DNA of 24,163 nt. Origin: a virus (taxonomy: Duplodnaviria; Caudoviricetes). Below the pieces are notes generated by a model. It saw nothing but the letters and a program-made list of their open reading frames with translations. It had not been told where the DNA came from and did not search any database. This document shows positions 9,599-17,561 of the stretch, piece after piece (the stretch's first letter is position 1; every line of letters begins with the position of its first letter). A program made the translations under genes and the position numbers. Where the stretch lies: IMG/VR virus record IMGVR_UViG_3300028635_000415, positions 1 to 24,163 of that record; one strand, written 5' to 3'.

Positions 9599-11494
9599 AT
9601 GCCCGCTGAACCAGGTCCCTTCGGTTGGGTAGCCAACCTCATGCGTTGGTCCTCCGCGGACATGATCGTCCGCGGCCAGGGAGGGCCTCTCCCGCCGCCC
9701 AAGTCGCGCCAGTTCGACCCCACCGAGCACAACCTGTATCAGGGGTTGGCCGACGGCTGGTTGCACGGCACGGTGGGCGCGGCCCTGTCCTCGTTCTTCA
9801 GTGAACCGCGCACGCGCAAAGAGCTGTATGTGCTGTTCGAGAAGATGGATATGACCGACGTCGCTGGCTCGGTGTTGGACCTGTACGCCGAGGACGCCAC
9901 CCAGCACGACCCCGACACCGGGCGCACCATCTGGGTCGAGGGCACGGATGCCATAACGCAGGCGTGCGAGGACATGTTCCTGCGCTTGCAGACCGAGGAG
10001 GAGATCGTCGCCCTGACCCGCGACATCGCCAAGTTCGGCGACGACTTCGAGCGTCTGGTCTACCGCAGCGGCCCCCAGGGCGGCGTCCGCCGGATGCTGT
10101 CGGTGCCTCCCATCAACGTCACCCGCAAGGAGGACAAGGAAGCCCGCCTCCTGGGGTATGTCCAGATCGGGAAGCGCTTCCGCAACGACAACTCGGACAC
10201 CAGCTACCCCTGGGACTTCTGTCACTTCCGCCTCCGCGGCAAGGACCGCCGGTACCCGTACGGGACCTCGATCCTGCACAACGCCATCCGGCCCTGGAAG
10301 CAGCTGATCATCCTCGAGGACTGGATGCTCGGCTACCAGGTGAACAAGCACCCGGATCGCAACCTCGTGCTCCTGGACATCGGCACGGCCAGCGACGTCG
10401 AGTCGACCGACGTGGCCCGCCGGTTCAGGCAGAAGCTCCGCAGGACCATGATCATCGACCCGGGGGGTACCACGCAGCGCGGGTATCTCGGCCAGACGTA
10501 TGACGCCCGCACCCCGTTGGAGGACATGGTCCTCCCGATGCGCCCCGATTCGCAGACGCGCATCGAGAAGCTGTCGGGCAGCGCGAATGCCGTGGACATC
10601 GCCCCGATCCACCTGGTGCTCGACAAGTTCTACGCGGCTGTCCGCGTCCCCAAGGCGTTCTTCGGGATCGACTTCACCTCCGGCATGCCGGTGAACATGA
10701 AGGCGAGCCTGGTGAACCAGGACGTCAGGTACGCCCGCGGCGTCCGCCGCGTGCAGAGGGCTGTGAAGGCCGGCTACCGCTATCTCTGCGAGCTGAACCT
10801 CATGCTGATGATGTCCCCCGGCGAAGGTGTGATCCAGCCCAATGACGGGCTCGTCAGCCAGCTGGATTGGCGTGCCCCCGGCCAGGACTTCAAGATCCAG
10901 ATGGCGCCCATCAGCTACCTCGAGGAGCTCGAGCGCCTCGAGGTCGAGCAGATGCGCCAGCAGGTGGCGCTGGCCATGTTGGAGCTGGGGAACAACAACC
11001 CGGCCGTGAACATTGCGGTGTGGACCGAGTATGTGCTCCGCGAGATCTGTCAGGTGCCCGAGGAGATGCTGGACGAGGTCATCCAGAGCGAGATGGAGCC
11101 CGAGCAGCTGGATCACATGCGGTTTGGTACCAACGCCAACCAGGCCGACTCCCTGGACCGGATGGCCGCCAAGCAGGCCGCCGCCAGCGTGAGGGAGGCG
11201 CGCAAGCTCCACACCCGCGGTGCCATCGACGCTGAGCTGACCAGCGGAGAGAAGGACCAGCTGGCCGAGGCTATCCGCCGGAGCCGGAAGCTGCGTGAGT
11301 CCATCAACCGGGCCCGCCGGCTGTTCGACGAGGAGGATCGCCTCCCCGACATCAGCCCGTGCGCGTCCATGCTGCCTGACCGCGATAACGAGCTGTTCAA
11401 GTCCGGCAGGCTCTCCGACATGCTGACCGAAGCCGACGTCCAGGAGATGCTGGCCGAAGCGGTCAAGGAAGCCGGCGGCAAACAGGAGGATTGA
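9599..11494 (+). CDS. portal protein, T4 gp20-like family
   Basis: KFGDDF, HFRL, PYGTSIL..AIRPWKQLIILEDWMLGYQVNKHPDRNLVLLDIG (cf. gp20 EDAxxIYRxxRAPERRxFYIDxG), EDMVLP, VRVPKAF; AGGAG RBS. Confidence 0.88.
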   Translation: MPAEPGPFGWVANLMRWSSADMIVRGQGGPLPPPKSRQFDPTEHNLYQGLADGWLHGTVGAALSSFFSEPRTRKELYVLFEKMDMTDVAGSVLDLYAEDATQHDPDTGRTIWVEGTDAITQACEDMFLRLQTEEEIVALTRDIAKFGDDFERLVYRSGPQGGVRRMLSVPPINVTRKEDKEARLLGYVQIGKRFRNDNSDTSYPWDFCHFRLRGKDRRYPYGTSILHNAIRPWKQLIILEDWMLGYQVNKHPDRNLVLLDIGTASDVESTDVARRFRQKLRRTMIIDPGGTTQRGYLGQTYDARTPLEDMVLPMRPDSQTRIEKLSGSANAVDIAPIHLVLDKFYAAVRVPKAFFGIDFTSGMPVNMKASLVNQDVRYARGVRRVQRAVKAGYRYLCELNLMLMMSPGEGVIQPNDGLVSQLDWRAPGQDFKIQMAPISYLEELERLEVEQMRQQVALAMLELGNNNPAVNIAVWTEYVLREICQVPEEMLDEVIQSEMEPEQLDHMRFGTNANQADSLDRMAAKQAAASVREARKLHTRGAIDAELTSGEKDQLAEAIRRSRKLRESINRARRLFDEEDRLPDISPCASMLPDRDNELFKSGRLSDMLTEADVQEMLAEAVKEAGGKQED

Positions 11495-11495
11495 G

Positions 11496-12116
11496 ATGGC
11501 GACATCCGTGCAGCTGGACCCGATGCGCAGGACCATCCCTGGTACCGATGGGTTGGTCTCGCGCATGGGGACTGGGAGGCTCGGGGCTGAGAAGTACGGG
11601 GCCCCTGGTGGCAGTCACGTGTCGGGCATCTACATCCTGTCCATCGAGGTCGTCATCGCCATGGCTCGGGAAACAGGGCTGTCGCTCGAGATCTGCGAGC
11701 GCGCCCTGCACGCCTTTGGGCGTGTGTCGCAGAACTTTGTCATGTCCGGCAAGGTCGTGGGCATCCCATACATGGGGTTCCTGCTGCCCGAGCGCCGCAA
11801 TACCATCCTCCGCACCGCCCATCTCAGCAAGAAAGTGGCTCTGAAGAACCGAGACATGGCCGCAGCCTTGAAGGTGAAGGACGGCCAGATCGTCCAGAGG
11901 AACGTGGTGTGCTTCCGTACCACCCGGGCGATGTCCCGGCTGTTCGACGATACCTGCATACCCGCCCTCCCTTGGAAGCAGTATGTCCGGGCCGAAAGGG
12001 AACGTATATTGGAGTTGCATAGGGAGATGAACCCGTCTGCCGCCATCAGCGCCCGTAACGCGGAACGCCGCAAGCGGGCCAAACTCAAGAAGGAAGCACG
12101 TCATGCAGAACAATGA
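11496..12116 (+). CDS. divergent HU/IHF-like DNA-bending protein
   Basis: MARETGLSLEICERALHAF...SGKVVGIPYMGFL....RNVVCFRTTRAM follows the HU/IHF pattern, with an extended arm and basic C-terminal tail; GGAGG RBS. Confidence 0.6.
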   Translation: MATSVQLDPMRRTIPGTDGLVSRMGTGRLGAEKYGAPGGSHVSGIYILSIEVVIAMARETGLSLEICERALHAFGRVSQNFVMSGKVVGIPYMGFLLPERRNTILRTAHLSKKVALKNRDMAAALKVKDGQIVQRNVVCFRTTRAMSRLFDDTCIPALPWKQYVRAERERILELHREMNPSAAISARNAERRKRAKLKKEARHAEQ

Positions 12117-12273
12117 ACCGCCGGTTCAGACTCCGAAGGCCCGCCCGGGACTCCTCGTCGAAGACCGCAATGCCGCCGTGAGGACGCACCAGGATGGCCG
12201 CCAGGAGATCGTGAAGGTCCCCTCGCGTCCCGCCGAGGCCGACCGCCAGGGCGTATCAGAAGCTCGGATTTGA
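12103..12273 (+). CDS. small hypothetical protein (56 aa, MQNNEPPVQTPKARPG...), not in ORF track
   Basis: AAGGAAG upstream of ATG 12103; fills the gap to the next promoter; TGA at 12271-12273. Confidence 0.55.
   Translation: MQNNEPPVQTPKARPGLLVEDRNAAVRTHQDGRQEIVKVPSRPAEADRQGVSEARI
12114..12128. repeat. 15-bp palindromic motif copy 5 (TGAACCGCCGGTTCA, perfect)
   Basis: Begins at the TGA stop of the HU-like gene. Confidence 0.85.
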
Positions 12274-12299
12274 CCGGTTCCGGTCGAACCTGGTAATAT
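12270..12299 (+). promoter_or_regulatory. sigma70-type promoter TTGACC-N18-TAATAT with extended -10 TG, likely leaderless; GGTTC-N5-GAACC in spacer
   Basis: -35 at 12270-12275, -10 at 12294-12299, ATG at 12306 with no SD. Confidence 0.65.
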
Positions 12300-12305
12300 A
12301 TGGCC

Positions 12306-12890
12306 ATGCTGACAGGTGTCAGATTCGGCTTCGGGGAGCACGGCCATTTGGTCGGCAAGCCTGCGATGATCGGGGTATTCAACCCGTACGGGCTCGGTGT
12401 CGAGCCCGACGAGGTCGTTTCCCCGGCCATGCCGGGAGACTTGTTCATCCTCATGGTCCTGGAGCGCACGCTGCTCACCAGGCCCGCCGAGGATCTGGTC
12501 TCCCTGTACAGGGCGCTGTCGGCCATCGGGTGGAAGGTGCACGTATGCGTGCGCCCTCTGGTGCCTCTGAGGGATTCCGCCATGGCCTACGATGCCGTCC
12601 TGCGCGTCATCGACGCAGACGACTTCGACCGACCGCCGAACTGCGACGATCGGTATTCTTCGGTGAGCGTGCACTGTTGGCCCGGCAGCGGCGTCATGGA
12701 GCACCTCTCTAAGTTGAAGGCCGAGCAGGGGCGGTACCTGGTGCTCACCGGCGAGGATTTCGGATTGGCGAAGGTTTGGTTGCAGCATGCTCCCGAGAGG
12801 TCCGCGTGGACGCTGGCCCGGGACTACCCGTTCAACGACACCATGGAGGCTCCTGAAATCGAGGAGCTCTACGTCAGAGGAAGCGCCTGA
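12306..12890 (+). CDS. hypothetical protein (faint resemblance to a degenerate QueE/radical-SAM fold)
   Basis: GC3-rich ORF coupled to the next gene by TGATG; no CxxxCxxC; alternative ATG at 12300. Confidence 0.7.
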   Translation: MLTGVRFGFGEHGHLVGKPAMIGVFNPYGLGVEPDEVVSPAMPGDLFILMVLERTLLTRPAEDLVSLYRALSAIGWKVHVCVRPLVPLRDSAMAYDAVLRVIDADDFDRPPNCDDRYSSVSVHCWPGSGVMEHLSKLKAEQGRYLVLTGEDFGLAKVWLQHAPERSAWTLARDYPFNDTMEAPEIEELYVRGSA

Positions 12891-13543
12891 TGGCCAAGGC
12901 CAAGTCTGCCCCGCCCGCGATCCGCGGAAAGTATCTCCACGTCCGGGTCGAGGATCTCCAACCCAACCCCCGCAACCCCAACCGGCAGTCCAAGGCAGTC
13001 CGCGATGCGCTGAAAGAGAGCATCCGGCAGCATGGTTTCACTGAACCCATCGTGGCCCGGAGGCTCTCCGACGGGCAGCTCGAGATCGTAGGCGGCGAGC
13101 ACCGTTGGCGCGCTGCGCAGGAGCTCGGGATGGACGAGGTCCCCGTCGTCGACATAGGGGACACGCCCGACTACATGGCCAACATCCACATGGTGGCGCT
13201 GAACGAGCTGAAGGGGTCTCACGACCAGGACGCCCTCGCCGCCATCATGCAGGACGCCAAGGCGCAGGGCGGGGACGCTGCCCTGGTGGTCATCCCGTTC
13301 TCCGAGGCGCAGTGGGCCGAGCTGCTGGACGAGGCGCCCATCGAGGTGGACGACGATGCCCCGCCCCCGCCCTCCGGGCCCGTGAAGCTGAAGGCGACGG
13401 ACATCATGGCCGTCCTGGAGCTGTCCGCCTCCGACCAGCCCGCCGTGACCCAGTTCATAGAGGGGGTCCGGCTGTGGGCCCGCCAGCGCCCGCCCAAGGC
13501 CCCGCCCGCTTGGCAGGGGATCCTGGAGCAGCTGGAGGGTTGA
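12890..13543 (+). CDS. ParB/Srx N-terminal domain protein
   Basis: LQPNPRNPN..LKESIRQHGFTEPIVAR..IVGGEHRWRAAQELGMDEVPV..ALNELKG. Confidence 0.88.
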   Translation: MAKAKSAPPAIRGKYLHVRVEDLQPNPRNPNRQSKAVRDALKESIRQHGFTEPIVARRLSDGQLEIVGGEHRWRAAQELGMDEVPVVDIGDTPDYMANIHMVALNELKGSHDQDALAAIMQDAKAQGGDAALVVIPFSEAQWAELLDEAPIEVDDDAPPPPSGPVKLKATDIMAVLELSASDQPAVTQFIEGVRLWARQRPPKAPPAWQGILEQLEG

Positions 13544-13569
13544 CCGGTTCTGGGGAACCCGCCTATGAT
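13540..13569 (+). promoter_or_regulatory. sigma70-type promoter TTGACC-N18-TATGAT, likely leaderless; GGTTC-N4-GAACC in spacer
   Basis: -35 at 13540-13545 overlapping the upstream stop, -10 at 13564-13569, ATG at 13576 with no SD; first 11 nt identical to the 12270 promoter. Confidence 0.7.
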
Positions 13570-13575
13570 GTGGGC

Positions 13576-13893
13576 ATGCCCACTACATCCCAGGTCTACC
13601 TCGCCGTCGACATCCTCTCCTCCATCAACCCCGCGGAGCCGTCGTACCACGCCATGCGCGCCGCCGCGCAGAAGGTGGTGCTGGACGCGCTGACCGAGGG
13701 CGGGTGGACCGGCAAGTCCCCCAACTGCTCCGAGTACGGGAAGCCCCCGACCTCGGTGGACCCCGAGGCGCAGGAGGCCACCCGGTTCATGACAGGGCTG
13801 ACCGCGCTCATGAAGGGGATGGAAGCGGTCGGCAAGCCCGCTGAGGACATCGGCAAGTCCGTCAAAGCGTTCGTGGACGACTTCCGCAAATGA
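13576..13893 (+). CDS. hypothetical protein (105 aa)
   Basis: GC3-rich 3' part of ORF-track 13105..13893; start chosen from the promoter position. Confidence 0.7.
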   Translation: MPTTSQVYLAVDILSSINPAEPSYHAMRAAAQKVVLDALTEGGWTGKSPNCSEYGKPPTSVDPEAQEATRFMTGLTALMKGMEAVGKPAEDIGKSVKAFVDDFRK

Positions 13894-13939
13894 TAGTTTG
13901 ACAGCGCGCGCTCTCCCTTATCTATCTTGCCATGCACCC

Positions 13940-14572
13940 ATGCACCCATGCTCCACCTGCGGCGACGTATTCCCCACAGCATCAATGAACCTGCGGGTCA
14001 CGCGCGGTTACCCGTATTATAGATGCAAGGCATGTGTTCGCGCCTCTAATGCGCGCACCATAGCTAGGGTTACCCGCGCCCTTGAGGGTGCTGCAGCCGG
14101 AGGTGGTAAGCTTAAATGTGTGCGTTGCGCCAAGATGAAGTTCGCGCATTTCTTTGTTAAGGGGCAGACTCAGCTCATTTGCACCGATTGCCGGTGGGCG
14201 CGTAGGCAGAGTCGGGTGTTCGAGACGCGCATCGCTATGTTGCGCGCTCGTTCCGTAAATAAGGGGACGCCGTTCGCTATCGATGCCGCACACCTTCGGG
14301 GTCTTTGGGAGACTCAGAAGGGGCTCTGCGCGTATAGTGGCTTGCCCATGGTGTTGGCTCCTTCTTCTCGAGTTACTTCCCACAGGATAGGGGCGGCGTA
14401 CGCCATGTCCGTGGATCGCGTTCGGTGCGGGGATGGGTATGTTCCTGGCAACGTTGTGCTCTGTTGCAACGCAGTCAACCTTTTCAAGAACGCGCTGTCC
14501 GTGGAGGACTTCCTCCGGTTCGCTGAAGCCGTGGCCTCAAGGTCCGAGGTGATAAGGTGTGCCCATGGATAA
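13940..14572 (+). CDS. putative homing endonuclease (Cys-rich N-terminus + His-Me-finger-type nuclease domain)
   Basis: Four CxxC pairs; LWETQKGLCAYSGLPM...SVDRV..GDGYVPGNVVLCCNAVNLFK; low GC3; the ORF-track TTG start at 13898 coincides with a TTGACA -35-like hexamer. Confidence 0.75.
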   Translation: MHPCSTCGDVFPTASMNLRVTRGYPYYRCKACVRASNARTIARVTRALEGAAAGGGKLKCVRCAKMKFAHFFVKGQTQLICTDCRWARRQSRVFETRIAMLRARSVNKGTPFAIDAAHLRGLWETQKGLCAYSGLPMVLAPSSRVTSHRIGAAYAMSVDRVRCGDGYVPGNVVLCCNAVNLFKNALSVEDFLRFAEAVASRSEVIRCAHG

Positions 14573-16172
14573 GGCACATCTTCGTATGGCTAACGCATTG
14601 TTAGCGCTGAAAGAGGTTTTCGGATTCGACGCATTTCGCCCATTTCAGCATGAGTGCTTATCGGCGGTATTCGCCAAACAGGATTTGTTCGCAGTGACCG
14701 CGACTGGCGGTGGCAAGAGTCTCATATTCCAGATCCCCGCATTGGTCTTTCCTAACCCCGTCGTAGTCATATCTCCCCTCATCAGTTTGATGGCCGACCA
14801 GGTCAGCAAGATGCGTGCAATAGGGGTCCGAGCTGTCAGGCTATCCTCGGATATACCGCGTTCTGAGCACGCCCCGTGGGACACCCTAAAAGACCAGGAT
14901 CTCATATACGTTAGTCCTGAGAAGCTGGCCACGCCGGGGTTCCAGAAGGCGCTGCGTGGGGTGCGCCTAGGCATGATCGCGCTCGACGAAGCCCACGTGG
15001 CCGTGACCTGGGGGAAGGACTTCCGGTCGTCGTACGCCCACCTCCGTGGATTCGTGGACCAGCACCCCGAGGCCGTGAGGTTCGCCTGCACCGCCACCGC
15101 CGACGACGAGGTGGAGACGGGCATCCGAGCGATGATGGGGCTCCGGGATCCGAAGCGCATCGTCACCTCCCCGTGGCGCACGAACATCGACTACATCGTC
15201 CGCAAGGAGGCCGGGTTCAGCGAGCTGGTGGACCGGTTGGCCGCTGCGCAGGCCCAGCCCGGGTCGCAGATCGTGTACGTGTCCTCCCGCAGGACCGCCG
15301 AGGAGCTGGCCCAGCGGTTGAGGGACGCTGGTCTCGATGTGGCCCACTATCACGCCGGCATGAACCCGCTCATCCGAACGCAGGTGCAGAACCGGTTCAT
15401 GGCGGGAGCCATCCGGTGCGTGGTGGCCACGAACGCGTTCGGCATGGGCGTGGACAAGCCCGACATCCGGTTGATCGCCCACTGGCACATGCCGTCGAGC
15501 CTGTTCAACTACCTCCAGGAGACCGGGCGCGCCTCCCGCGACGGGTTGCCCGCGACCGCCTGGTTGAACATCGGGAAGGACGCCGAGAAGACGCACAACT
15601 TCTTCATCGAGTGCTCCAACCCCGAGTTCTACGTCTACCAGCGGTTGTGGGCGTTCCTGACGGCCGCGGAGAGGCAGCCCGTCCGGGTGCCCACCGCTAT
15701 TCTGGCCCGGGCGTCCGGAGTGTCCGAGAGGATGCAGGGGCAGATCGATGCCGCGTTGGCGTACCTGGAGTACACGGGGCATATCCGGTCCGCCGGTGTC
15801 GGGTTCGCCTACGAGCTGCCCATCATCAACAAGCGGGTGGCCGAGTCCGTGGTTCGCACCATCCGGGGCGCCCGCATCAGTAAGAATGCCGTCCACTATG
15901 AGCCGCCCGACGGCGAGACCGACCACCACATGAGGTTCATCACCTCAGGGGCATGCCGGTTCGTCGAGCCCAGCGAGATCGTGAGCGTTGATCTGCTCCG
16001 CCAGGACCTCCAGCTGACCGCGAACGATGTGGGGGAGAAGAAACGGGGGGCCAAGATGAAGCTCCTCATGCTCCACAGGTTCGCCGATTCCACAGACCGC
16101 AGGGGGTTCGTCGAGGCCCTGTTCTCCCAGCGTGAAACGCCGGTTCAGGAACAGGCGGGGGTGCCGGCATGA
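14565..16172 (+). CDS. recQ: RecQ-family ATP-dependent DNA helicase
   Basis: LKEVFGFDAFRPFQ, TGGGKSLIFQIPA, SPLISLMADQV, DEAH, WGKDFR, TATA, YHAGM, VATNAFGMGVDKPDIR, QETGRASRDG; no HRDC evident; start could be 14559, 14565 or 14586. Confidence 0.95.
   Translation: MDKAHLRMANALLALKEVFGFDAFRPFQHECLSAVFAKQDLFAVTATGGGKSLIFQIPALVFPNPVVVISPLISLMADQVSKMRAIGVRAVRLSSDIPRSEHAPWDTLKDQDLIYVSPEKLATPGFQKALRGVRLGMIALDEAHVAVTWGKDFRSSYAHLRGFVDQHPEAVRFACTATADDEVETGIRAMMGLRDPKRIVTSPWRTNIDYIVRKEAGFSELVDRLAAAQAQPGSQIVYVSSRRTAEELAQRLRDAGLDVAHYHAGMNPLIRTQVQNRFMAGAIRCVVATNAFGMGVDKPDIRLIAHWHMPSSLFNYLQETGRASRDGLPATAWLNIGKDAEKTHNFFIECSNPEFYVYQRLWAFLTAAERQPVRVPTAILARASGVSERMQGQIDAALAYLEYTGHIRSAGVGFAYELPIINKRVAESVVRTIRGARISKNAVHYEPPDGETDHHMRFITSGACRFVEPSEIVSVDLLRQDLQLTANDVGEKKRGAKMKLLMLHRFADSTDRRGFVEALFSQRETPVQEQAGVPA
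16133..16147. repeat. 15-bp palindromic motif copy 6 (TGAAACGCCGGTTCA)
   Basis: In the recQ C-terminal tail, about 20 nt upstream of the denV start. Confidence 0.8.
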
Positions 16173-16588
16173 CGCGCATCAACGCAGGTATCCCCGTCGA
16201 GGAGCTTTGCGACCAGCACCTCCTCGCTGAGTACCGGGAGCTTCCCCGCATGGTGAAGTTCGCTCGTACCGTGAAGGACGTCCCCGATGTGGATTTCTGC
16301 CTCAACACCGGGCACATGAAGTCCGTTGTCAGGTACGGCGCCTACCTGGTGGGTCGGCACCACCAGCTGATCGCAGAGATGCGGCGCAGGGGCTTCGATC
16401 CACTCATGCCACCCCTTCAGTACAAAGACTTCACGAGCCGATTCTCCCACTACCCGTCGCAGGCGTGGCTGGCGTTGGCCGTCCATGTTCTCCGCCCCCG
16501 CATCGTCGACAGGCTGTCCTCTATGAAGCGGGAACCCACCTGGACCAAAAGCACGCGGCCCGATTGGACCGCAGGATCGCGTCTATGA
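16169..16588 (+). CDS. denV: pyrimidine dimer DNA glycosylase / endonuclease V (T4 DenV-like)
   Basis: MTRIN N-terminus (catalytic Thr2, Arg3), DQHLLAEYRELPR, F.LNTGH, LIAEMRRRGF. Confidence 0.92.
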   Translation: MTRINAGIPVEELCDQHLLAEYRELPRMVKFARTVKDVPDVDFCLNTGHMKSVVRYGAYLVGRHHQLIAEMRRRGFDPLMPPLQYKDFTSRFSHYPSQAWLALAVHVLRPRIVDRLSSMKREPTWTKSTRPDWTAGSRL

Positions 16589-17058
16589 GACTTGTCACTC
16601 CCCCCGAACGCCCCACCCACGCTGAACGTCCCTGGCTGTTCCTCGCCGGCGCCATCGATATGGGCGCTGCCGAAGACTGGCAGTCGAAGGCGGTGAAGGC
16701 CCTCGCCGGTTTCTACGGCACCGTGTTCAACCCGAGGCGCCCCGACTGGGACGCCACGTGGAACCAGACGAAGTGCGATCCCCGGATGATGGACCAGATC
16801 AACTGGGAGCTCGAGATGCTGGACGCTGTGGACCTCATCATGCTGTGGATCCCCGGCACCGCCAAAGCCCCCATCGCCCTCATGGAGCTCGGTCTCCATG
16901 CGCGTTCCGGGAAGCTCATCGTAGGCTGCGAGGAGGCGTTCTATCGGTACGAGAACGTCAGGGTGACCTGCTATCGGCACCAGGTTCCGCTGTACCACGG
17001 TCTGGAGACCACGCAGAACTTCGTCCTCGATAGGCTGTCCCGGCTCCCGCAGAGGTGA
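16585..17058 (+). CDS. nucleoside 2-deoxyribosyltransferase-like protein
   Basis: LFLAGAIDMGAAEDWQ, VFNPRRPDWD, QINWEL, APIALMELGLHA, FYR..NV; ATGA overlap with denV. Confidence 0.85.
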   Translation: MRLVTPPERPTHAERPWLFLAGAIDMGAAEDWQSKAVKALAGFYGTVFNPRRPDWDATWNQTKCDPRMMDQINWELEMLDAVDLIMLWIPGTAKAPIALMELGLHARSGKLIVGCEEAFYRYENVRVTCYRHQVPLYHGLETTQNFVLDRLSRLPQR

Positions 17059-17059
17059 T

Positions 17060-17494
17060 ATGCGCCTGTTCCATATCCACCCCGCCGCCCTGCCCACCCC
17101 TTTGCTGACGAACCAGCATCGGACTTCTCACCTGCTGATGGCAGGCATGGTCAACTTGCGGGCGTTGGGCGGGATGGCGCGGTACAACCGCCACGGCGGA
17201 TTCGTAGCCTGGATGCATTACCTCTGCGTCCAGGAGATGTTGGTGCGTGGGATCGACCACGACTCCCCCATCATCCCTCTGTGGAACACGCTCCGCCCGC
17301 ATCAGAAGGAGTTCTCCATCTGGATCCCGCCCAAGACCTACATCAGGGATCAGTCCGATCTGGCGCGCAAGATCCGGGAGGCCGGTAGCGACGGGGTCCG
17401 GGTAGACCTGGCTCGCGGGATCCTCATGTATCAGCGCGAGCACGACATGCTGCGTGCAGCCAAAGAGCTCCCGCAAGCTGTCCTCAGCGCTTAG
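17060..17494 (+). CDS. second, divergent pyrimidine-dimer glycosylase superfamily protein
   Basis: MRLFHIHPAALPTPLLTNQHRT..; H..CVQEMLVRGIDHDSP resembles the MRxWxxxPxxLxxxxLLGEHRE...EMxxRGxxHxSP family. Confidence 0.65.
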   Translation: MRLFHIHPAALPTPLLTNQHRTSHLLMAGMVNLRALGGMARYNRHGGFVAWMHYLCVQEMLVRGIDHDSPIIPLWNTLRPHQKEFSIWIPPKTYIRDQSDLARKIREAGSDGVRVDLARGILMYQREHDMLRAAKELPQAVLSA

Positions 17495-17538
17495 GGTTCT
17501 GTGGAACCTTTGACCGGGGGACCCCGGCCGCTGATGAT
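17495..17538 (+). promoter_or_regulatory. GGTTC-N4-GAACC inverted repeat abutting putative promoter TTGACC-N17-GATGAT
   Basis: IR at 17495-17508, -35 at 17510-17515, weak -10 at 17533-17538, AAGGAG RBS before ATG 17562. Confidence 0.5.
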
Positions 17539-17561
17539 CCGGGACAACCCAAGGAGAGGCC

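Noticed and set aside
10413-10427. TGGCCCGCCGGTTCA as an eighth palindrome
   Set aside because: Two mismatches in the TGAA end that is invariant in the other copies, and mid-domain in the portal gene; may be chance
7625-16172. Inteins in terL or recQ
   Set aside because: Motif spacing and lengths are ordinary; no splice-junction or LAGLIDADG blocks seen
981-16486. Long minus-strand ORFs (e.g. 981..2366, 7472..9361, 9584..11566, 14967..15929)
   Set aside because: Antisense shadows of GC3-rich plus-strand genes, with no motifs
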